Below, piece after piece: positions 57,335-64,000 of a stretch of DNA of 64,000 nt. Below the pieces are notes generated by a model. That model was given only the letters and a program-made list of their open reading frames with translations, did not search any database and was not told the DNA's origin. The position numbers and the translations under genes are program-made. This stretch comes from Minisyncoccia bacterium (GTDB lineage: Bacteria; Patescibacteriota; Minisyncoccia; 2-02-FULL-40-12; IGHO2-01-FULL-4-A). The stretch lies in assembly GCA_050015375.1 (NCBI GenBank), contig JBEKBN010000002.1:8339-72338 (forward strand), given 5' to 3'. The first letter of the stretch is position 1, and every line of letters begins with the position of its first letter.

Positions 57335-58350
57335 TATTGAAAACTATTATACGCAGGCTGACAGTAGAATTTTCTAATCAGATCGCATACACGGCGTATA
57401 TCTGACTCCGTCAGTTTTAGGTGCATCGGTAAGCTAATGATACGCTTATAAATGAACTCCGTATTGGGAAGCTTTTTGTGCCAATTGAATATCTTGTAAT
57501 AATATAGGGGTTTAAAATGGACGGAGGTTACAACGCCATTTTCGGCAAGATACTTAATCAACTCATTGCGATATGGTACAAAGATCGGATAATATATCCA
57601 GGTGGAGCTTTTGAAACGTCGTTCAATGAATTCGGGTAAGTACTTGTCATACCAGCCGGCAACTTTTTTATGATACGCGTTGTTGGCGTCCAATTTTTCC
57701 AGCTGGCAAAGCCCGATAGCAGCAATGATATCGCTCATATTTGCCTTAAGGCCCGGCTCTTTAATATCATATTCCCAGCTATACTTTGAACCTGAACGGG
57801 CATAGGTGCTTTTATCGATACCGCACCAAGAGATCGCTCTTGCGCGCCGGTAGAGTTCCTTATTGTTAGTGGTCAGCATTCCGCCGTCACCCGTGGGCAG
57901 ATTCTTTACCGCGTGAAAACTCCAGCAAGAAACCAAACCTCGATGCTTCACGCCTGCGGCATGAGCCATGTCATAAATAATTCCTTTTCCTGATTCATTG
58001 CCGCCGTAGAAAACCTGGATGTCGGCTTCAGGCGTACAAAGCGTTTTAGGGTCAACATCCACAAATTCAATCTTCTTACCGATATTGAGAGGGGCAAGAG
58101 CCGAAGACACAAAGGTAAAGGCCGAGACCCGCACCGGATTGGGCAATTTAACCACGCGCACCGCAATATCAAGAGCAGCCGTGCAGGAATTGGTCGCCAC
58201 TGCGTATCTCGCGCCGGCTTTCTTGGCGAATGTTTTTTCAAATTCCTCAACCTTGGGACCCATGGCCCACCAGCCGGAATCCAAAACTTTTTTGATAGCT
58301 GCAAGTTCTTTGCCCGTCGGTACTGCTTTAAATAAACTTATTTTTTTCAT
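57334..58350 (-). CDS. DegT/DnrJ/EryC1/StrS aminotransferase
   Basis: NSCTAAL, DMAHA, SFHAVKNLPTGDGGM. Confidence 0.9.
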   Translation of the reverse strand: MKKISLFKAVPTGKELAAIKKVLDSGWWAMGPKVEEFEKTFAKKAGARYAVATNSCTAALDIAVRVVKLPNPVRVSAFTFVSSALAPLNIGKKIEFVDVDPKTLCTPEADIQVFYGGNESGKGIIYDMAHAAGVKHRGLVSCWSFHAVKNLPTGDGGMLTTNNKELYRRARAISWCGIDKSTYARSGSKYSWEYDIKEPGLKANMSDIIAAIGLCQLEKLDANNAYHKKVAGWYDKYLPEFIERRFKSSTWIYYPIFVPYRNELIKYLAENGVVTSVHFKPLYYYKIFNWHKKLPNTEFIYKRIISLPMHLKLTESDIRRVCDLIRKFYCQPAYNSFQ

Positions 58351-58391
58351 ATTGATTATTTAAATATAAACCTATACTTAAGTCAATGGTC

Positions 58392-58835
58392 TTAAATCCC
58401 GAAATTAATCTTTTTTAAATATTCTTTTTCTTCAGCGATCATGTTTTTCGGTAATTTTTTAAAAATTTTAATTTCTGAAGCATCTTCATTCGGCATAAGT
58501 CGCCCCTTTTTGATCTCGCACAAGAACACTAAGCTAACTGTCGAACCAAACCCCACTTCTTTCTCCTCGCTCGGATACGCGTCTATGTATCCAAGACAAT
58601 CTTTTATACGGACCGAAATACCCAACTCATCCGATGCTACGCGTCTTACGGCGTCATGCATGGTTTCTTTGTAATAAACAGTTCCGCCCGGTATGTGCCA
58701 CAGGTTATTCCAGGAAGACAGTTTTCTTAAAGCCAAAACGATTCCCTTATTTGTTTTGACGACAACTATCACGCAAAGTCGGGGAACTTTTGAATATATC
58801 GCCCTGAACTCTTCGAATGTAAACGGTTTTTCCAT
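58392..58835 (-). CDS. NUDIX hydrolase (GDP-mannose mannosyl hydrolase-like)
   Basis: WHIPGGTVYYKETMHDAVRRVASDELG. Confidence 0.8.
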   Translation of the reverse strand: MEKPFTFEEFRAIYSKVPRLCVIVVVKTNKGIVLALRKLSSWNNLWHIPGGTVYYKETMHDAVRRVASDELGISVRIKDCLGYIDAYPSEEKEVGFGSTVSLVFLCEIKKGRLMPNEDASEIKIFKKLPKNMIAEEKEYLKKINFGI

Positions 58836-59041
58836 ATGACCTCTAGATTACACCCAAATCAACATATAAATCAAGTTTTGGACCCAATACCTACTGGTGC
58901 TGGTTGCCTTCGTTTGCTTTGTTGCGGGGGTTGGATTATGTGGAAGTCGCTTTAAGGCAGTTTTCTGGAAAGTTTAGGTTTATAAGAGGGTAGTAATAAA
59001 AAAGCCCTTGAGGGTTATTCAAGGGCTGAAAAATACGATAT

Positions 59042-60559
59042 TCAGATAAAGATCCGGTCCCGGAAACGTTCATAGAGAGAAGCGTCTAATCGCGCATCAA
59101 GACGGTTGTCCTGATGGCCTTCGATCGCCCGTGGAATTAGGGTAATGTCGCCCAGTAACCGGCGTATCCTGTCATCAGACTCGTAGATTGCCAGGATCTC
59201 CTTTGTCAATGGCTCGTAAGAATTAAACACGATATTGAAGAGCAGTTGGAAGTTGTTTAGGAACAGCAGGTCAGCTTCCTTGACCCAGGGGCGGAACCGA
59301 AGACTCAGTTCTCCATACATATCAGTTTTGCCCCATTGTTCCAGGTTTTCTGGAAATGTAAGCCCGTAGTCCCTGACTACCAGGTTTGTCAGAGATGCCC
59401 CCGGGTAAGGCATGTACTGGTAAAGCGCCATACGTGTTGCCGGATTGATCTTTTTAAAGTCTTTGCAAAGGGCAACTGTCGCGGCGGTATCTTCGTCGGT
59501 CTCGAATGGAAAGGCGAAAATAAATGTGTGGACGGTCGTCAAGCCCAGGTCGGTAATCCGTGCGTTGAACAATTTCATCTTGTTGAAGTCCGCCTGTTTG
59601 TTGATGTATTTCTGAATCTTCGGAGAACCTGTCTCCGGGGAATAGGCAACAAAATCACAAAAGCCAGGGAACTCCTTCACTACAGCCTCTTTGTAAGTAG
59701 CAAAGTTGCTACGGACCAACGATATTTTCAATCCTCGGTCCTTGAACCTTCGGATAAGCTCAAGAGCACGGCTGACTTTCAGGATAAAATTTTCGTCCAT
59801 GATCTCAAAGATATCAAAGCCATATTGGTCATGCAGGAAACTTACTTCGTTCATGATGTGGTCGACGCTGAACGCACGCCACTCATTTTTCCCTTCAATA
59901 CCGCCTTTGTAACAATATGCACAATTAAATGGGCATCCTCGGGAAGTACAGATTGATGCAAGCACTGGATATTGGGCAGGGTTGAGGTATTCCTCAAGCT
60001 GATGCCAGGCCGGAATTGGAAGTGAACCTAGAGATTCGATGATGCACCGCGGAGGTGTCATGTTGATGCCGTCTTCTGACTTAATGCAAAGGCCATTAAC
60101 GGTGGATAGGGGAATACCTTCTTCAAGCGCCTGCGCCAGTTCGACTATTGTCTGTTCGCCTTCCGAGCGGACAATGACATCAACTAGCGGATGGCTAATC
60201 GTTCCCTGAGGGTAGATCGACGGATGCACGCCCCCCCAGACAATGGGAATTTTCGTCCCGAACCTTGATCGGATCGACTGCGCGAAAGACAAACCGTTGA
60301 TGATTTGCGACCCCGTCATACTGGATATGCCGAAAAAAAGAATCTCGGGAGCCACGGCAATCTTCGCGTCCATCTCCTCTACAGTCATCAGGCGCTGGTC
60401 GAGCAGGATGACCGGGAACCCCGCTTCTTCAAGCACAGAGGCCAAGCACATAACGGAAAGAGGAGCATACATCCGTCTAATAGAATGAATGTCTCGCCGC
60501 CGTTCAGCGGCATACCCGCCTGTCGGCCGGGGGTAAAACAGTACCACATGTTTTTTCAT
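59042..60559 (-). CDS. Cobalamin-binding radical SAM protein
   Basis: WGGVHPS, SEGE, TSRGCPFNCAYC, PYPG; GGAGG SD. Confidence 0.9.
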   Translation of the reverse strand: MKKHVVLFYPRPTGGYAAERRRDIHSIRRMYAPLSVMCLASVLEEAGFPVILLDQRLMTVEEMDAKIAVAPEILFFGISSMTGSQIINGLSFAQSIRSRFGTKIPIVWGGVHPSIYPQGTISHPLVDVIVRSEGEQTIVELAQALEEGIPLSTVNGLCIKSEDGINMTPPRCIIESLGSLPIPAWHQLEEYLNPAQYPVLASICTSRGCPFNCAYCYKGGIEGKNEWRAFSVDHIMNEVSFLHDQYGFDIFEIMDENFILKVSRALELIRRFKDRGLKISLVRSNFATYKEAVVKEFPGFCDFVAYSPETGSPKIQKYINKQADFNKMKLFNARITDLGLTTVHTFIFAFPFETDEDTAATVALCKDFKKINPATRMALYQYMPYPGASLTNLVVRDYGLTFPENLEQWGKTDMYGELSLRFRPWVKEADLLFLNNFQLLFNIVFNSYEPLTKEILAIYESDDRIRRLLGDITLIPRAIEGHQDNRLDARLDASLYERFRDRIFI

Positions 60560-60701
60560 CGCTTCATACCTCCACTATTTTCTGTAAAAAGAGCTAGCTT
60601 ATATTAGAATAGAAATAAATAATCGTCAACCGTAAATCAGACGCCTTGAATAAATTCCAAAAAAATGAGATTATAAGAGCGTTGGTTTCGCTTATGCTTA
60701 T

Positions 60702-62501
60702 ATGTTGATAAATCTAAAAAAAATTAAAAAGATTATGGCCCTTCTTCTGGAAGCTTTCGGTCACTTCAAATCAAAGTTTGTAATTATGGTGGTTTTGGGA
60801 TTCTTAGGAGGACTTTTTGGGGGCATAGGCATAGGCGCCATAATTCCTCTTTTCTCTGTAATTACACATCAACAAATTCAAGGCATGGACTTTATCACCA
60901 AAAACGTAGAAAAGGTTTTCGCTCTTTTTCGCATTCCTCTCACATTACCATTTTTGCTTTCATTTATAGTTATTCTTTATGTTCTGAAGGGATTTGTTCA
61001 GTTCATAGCCAAATATACCAATGAAAAAATAATGGCTCAATATGAAGCTCAAGCTAGAACCAATCTTTTAAGAGTAACAATCCAATCCTCATGGCCTCAC
61101 CTGATTAGCCAAAAAGTCGGTTATCTGGAAAGAGTGCTTTTAGGTGATATCACCGAAGCCACAAGTGTTTTAGACCAGATTAGCGGAATAATCCTTATAG
61201 CGACCAGCTTGATAATGTATACGTTTGTTGCTATAAACATCTCCTTCGACATCACCTTGATGACCCTAATCCTTGGAGCAATAATCTTTTTATTTATAAA
61301 ACCCTTCCTTTATAAAACGAGAAAAATCATATCGAAAACTTCTGCTATGAATAAAGTGGCAAGTCATTATATTAATGAAAGTATCATGGGCGCAAAGATG
61401 ATCAAAATAACCTCAATTGAAAACAAAATAGCCGACAAGGGTAAGGAATATTTTGAAGAACTAAGAAAAACCAGAGTAAAGTCCGCATTCTATTGGTTAC
61501 TTCTTGGAACTTTTTTTGAACCTTTGGGGCTCCTATTTGTAGCCGTTTTGTTCGTCTTTTCATTCAAGTCTCCAGGATTCAACATTGCGGCTTTTACTGT
61601 AACTGTCTACCTGATCCAGAGAATGTTTTCTTTTATTCAGTCTGTTCAGGGACAAGTGTACACCTTGAACAACCAATCTATATATTTAAAAATTATTTCC
61701 GACTATAAGCGGAATGCTACCAATAACTTGGAGGTTAACAGAGAATCTGGTAACTTTATTTTTAATGAATCCCTTGAGTTTAAAAATGTGCAATTTGCAT
61801 ACCCTTCTCACAAAGAAGTTCTTAAAAATATTAACTTTTCTATAAAAAACGGGGAGGTGATGGGAATCATTGGCCCCTCCGGCGCGGGCAAAACTACAAT
61901 TGTTGATTTAGTTTTGCGGCTTTTTACTCCTGGAGCCGGCAAAATACTTCTCGATGGCAAGGATATTGATGGAATTAGTTTAAAAGAATGGAAAAAAAAT
62001 ATAGGATATGTGCCTCAAGACAATTTCTTTCTCAGTGACACCGTTGAAAACAACATCAGATTTTATGACGAGTCGATATCCGAAGAAGATATCATAGAGG
62101 CCTCTAAAATAGCTAATATTTATGATACCATCCAGAGCATGCCCGAAAAGTTTAAAACCTTCATGGGCGAGAGGGGCATTCAATTGTCAGGTGGCCAGCG
62201 CCAAAGAATTGCCTTAGCAAGAGCGTTGGCGAGAAAACCTCAAATTTTAATCCTGGATGAGGCAACGAGTTCACTTGATAATGAATCAGAGGCCCTAATT
62301 CAAAAAGCCATATCGGATTTACGCGGAAAAACAACAATAATAATTGTCGCTCATAGATTATCCACCGTAATGAACTCCGGTCATATCATTGTTTTGAAAA
62401 ATGGAGTAATAATAGAAAGTGGGTCGCCAGATGAATTATTACAAAATGAAAATTCTTATTTCCACAAAATACGCAACATGGTAAACGATAATTTCAGCTA
62501 A
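60702..62501 (+). CDS. ABC transporter, fused permease/ATPase (MsbA/PglK-like)
   Basis: N-terminal TMD, GPSGAGKT, LSGGQRQR, LILDEATSSLD, VAHRLS. Confidence 0.93.
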   Translation: MLINLKKIKKIMALLLEAFGHFKSKFVIMVVLGFLGGLFGGIGIGAIIPLFSVITHQQIQGMDFITKNVEKVFALFRIPLTLPFLLSFIVILYVLKGFVQFIAKYTNEKIMAQYEAQARTNLLRVTIQSSWPHLISQKVGYLERVLLGDITEATSVLDQISGIILIATSLIMYTFVAINISFDITLMTLILGAIIFLFIKPFLYKTRKIISKTSAMNKVASHYINESIMGAKMIKITSIENKIADKGKEYFEELRKTRVKSAFYWLLLGTFFEPLGLLFVAVLFVFSFKSPGFNIAAFTVTVYLIQRMFSFIQSVQGQVYTLNNQSIYLKIISDYKRNATNNLEVNRESGNFIFNESLEFKNVQFAYPSHKEVLKNINFSIKNGEVMGIIGPSGAGKTTIVDLVLRLFTPGAGKILLDGKDIDGISLKEWKKNIGYVPQDNFFLSDTVENNIRFYDESISEEDIIEASKIANIYDTIQSMPEKFKTFMGERGIQLSGGQRQRIALARALARKPQILILDEATSSLDNESEALIQKAISDLRGKTTIIIVAHRLSTVMNSGHIIVLKNGVIIESGSPDELLQNENSYFHKIRNMVNDNFS

Positions 62502-62517
62502 ACTTTTTTATGGAATT

Positions 62518-63342
62518 TTATTGTAAAAATCTTCTCATAGCATCGAGGGTAAAACGGAACACCTTGGCAGAAATAGTTCCCACAAGCGGAATAGATCTGA
62601 TTTTTCTCATTGTGGGATATTTTCTAAACTGATCAAATCGCAGGTTAATATGCCAAAAATAATCTATCTTGCGTTTTTTTAAATCAATTTTAAGACCCTC
62701 CCTTTTACATAATTTAACCGCGTAATACATCCACTTCCCCGCTACAACCGCTGTCCGATCATGGTAAATTAACGCCGGTTTTTTTACACTTAAGAATGGT
62801 GCAGAAACATTATTTGATCTTTCTGTTCCTCCTAATTCCGCTTGCCAAATATTTTCACCATCAACCAAAAGGTCGTTGAGTATTTTTTTATCCCAAAGAG
62901 CAGCAGTCAAAGAAGCCCTATAAGGGGCGCCTTTACTGATGAGGCCTAGATTAAGATTGTTTGTAAAATCATGATCTGGTAACGGCGACGGAAAAAGTCT
63001 TATATATGCGACCTTTTTATCATCAATATACTCCACTAAAGAATCAATATAGGCACTGTCTACCGGCTTCTCGATAAATAAATCTTCTATTAAACACATC
63101 ACATAGGGAGTAGGTATTTTTTTAAGAACTACCCTCATATTTGAAGCCCATCCTTTATGTTCACCTACTGCTATGGTGGTTACTCTATCATGGTTGTAAA
63201 TTTTGTAATTTGTAATGAGATAGATGGGGTAAGGACAGTCCGGCCAATATCTAAAAAAAAGAGTAAAAAATGGTTCCCACAAATCTTCACTGCCATCATA
63301 CGAACTGACAATTACCGAACACTTATTGTTTATTTTTTGCAC
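62518..63342 (-). CDS. Putative glycosyltransferase (GT-A-like hypothetical)
   Basis: SYDGSEDLW..YWPDCPYPIY, LIEDLF, AALW, WQAE motifs, typical of glycan-cluster proteins. Confidence 0.6.
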   Translation of the reverse strand: MQKINNKCSVIVSSYDGSEDLWEPFFTLFFRYWPDCPYPIYLITNYKIYNHDRVTTIAVGEHKGWASNMRVVLKKIPTPYVMCLIEDLFIEKPVDSAYIDSLVEYIDDKKVAYIRLFPSPLPDHDFTNNLNLGLISKGAPYRASLTAALWDKKILNDLLVDGENIWQAELGGTERSNNVSAPFLSVKKPALIYHDRTAVVAGKWMYYAVKLCKREGLKIDLKKRKIDYFWHINLRFDQFRKYPTMRKIRSIPLVGTISAKVFRFTLDAMRRFLQ

Positions 63343-63489
63343 GATTATTATTGATTACCATCGGATTCTATCACAAAACACGGGAGTATGTCTACCATTA
63401 CGCGTAGTTGCCAAATATCACCTTCTGATGTAATCTAAAAAAATTAAAGATTCCCATTTTTATATGGTCTATAATATCGGTCAACCAAT

Positions 63490-64000
63490 ATGGGTATAAA
63501 TAACATTATCGCTATTATCCCTGCGGCCGGCAAACCTACCAATAAAATCATGGCTAATTCCAATCTGCCGGATACCATGATACCCATCAACGGCAAACCG
63601 GTGATTGATTATATTATCGAAGATCTAATTAGCCGCAGTATAGTAAAAGTGATCGTTATTTTACATGAAGACGATAATCACACGGAAAAATATATTACTA
63701 AAAAATTTCATTCCAAATGCGTTTTAACGGTTATTTATTATAAAAACGGTGGTCGGGGAAGTATAGGTTGTTCGGTTTCTTTGGCAAGACCGTATTTGAA
63801 AAATGCAAAGGGTGTTATTATTTATTTGGGAGACACTATATACAAAGGTAGGTTAATATTTAATAATAATTTTTTGGTTGTCTCTGATGTATATGAATCT
63901 CCGGAAAAGTGGTGTTTTATTGAAAAAAATGACCATAAATTTAGTTTTATAAATAAACCCGAGGAATACACTGGAAAAGGAAAGATATTATGCGGTTTAT
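63490..64000 (+). CDS. Sugar-phosphate nucleotidyltransferase family protein (truncated by window edge)
   Basis: Manual translation: MGINNIIAIIPAAGK...LPDTMIPINGKPVIDYI...IYLGDT. Confidence 0.8.
   Translation, partial: MGINNIIAIIPAAGKPTNKIMANSNLPDTMIPINGKPVIDYIIEDLISRSIVKVIVILHEDDNHTEKYITKKFHSKCVLTVIYYKNGGRGSIGCSVSLARPYLKNAKGVIIYLGDTIYKGRLIFNNNFLVVSDVYESPEKWCFIEKNDHKFSFINKPEEYTGKGKILCGL

Noticed and set aside
4824-63354. Many short antisense or overlapping ORFs in the six-frame track, including those over the array and the fold-back elements
   Set aside because: They lie opposite or within well-supported genes or structured repeats and show no recognisable motifs.
1-64000. Alternative genetic code (UGA = Gly, as in Gracilibacteria/SR1)
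   Set aside because: Conserved genes are full length under code 11, and several (rpsT, mraY, secF) end at TGA.

Overview
Chromosomal segment of a small-genome bacterium, most likely Patescibacteria/CPR (Parcubacteria-like). This is inferred from the gene set (VirD4/TraD-like ATPase with a membrane partner, sigma4-HTH protein, TM0106 nuclease, GAD-less AspRS) and from weak SD use in core genes; TGA acts as a stop. Left to right: two paralogous large secreted proteins, rpsT, ftsW, mraY, a D,D-carboxypeptidase, aspS, a small island at tRNA-Lys, pduO, secF, secD, hydrolases, secA, hpf and a ~25-kb surface-glycan cluster (nonulosonic acid pathway, WbuXYZ-like amidotransferase, two B12 radical SAM enzymes). 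The main discovery is at 21.5-23.8 kb. A 333-aa IS110/Nop-fold protein with an apparently inactive RuvC domain and no recombinase serine sits inside a co-oriented array of 16 ~70-nt stem-loop units. Each unit carries two 9-nt variable spacers between conserved GG(A/C)UU and (U/G)CC motifs, resembling a TIGR-Tas-type RNA-guided system. The 18-nt targets reconstructed from the spacer pairs are enriched in start codons and SD motifs, suggesting an RNA-guided gene-silencing role rather than DNA cleavage. Also seen: a candidate ~205-nt ncRNA with consensus promoter and terminator, a MITE with TIRs and TSD at a start codon, three long fold-back elements and short palindromes inserted in-frame in secA and hpf. 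All calls were made by eye; no database searches were run.
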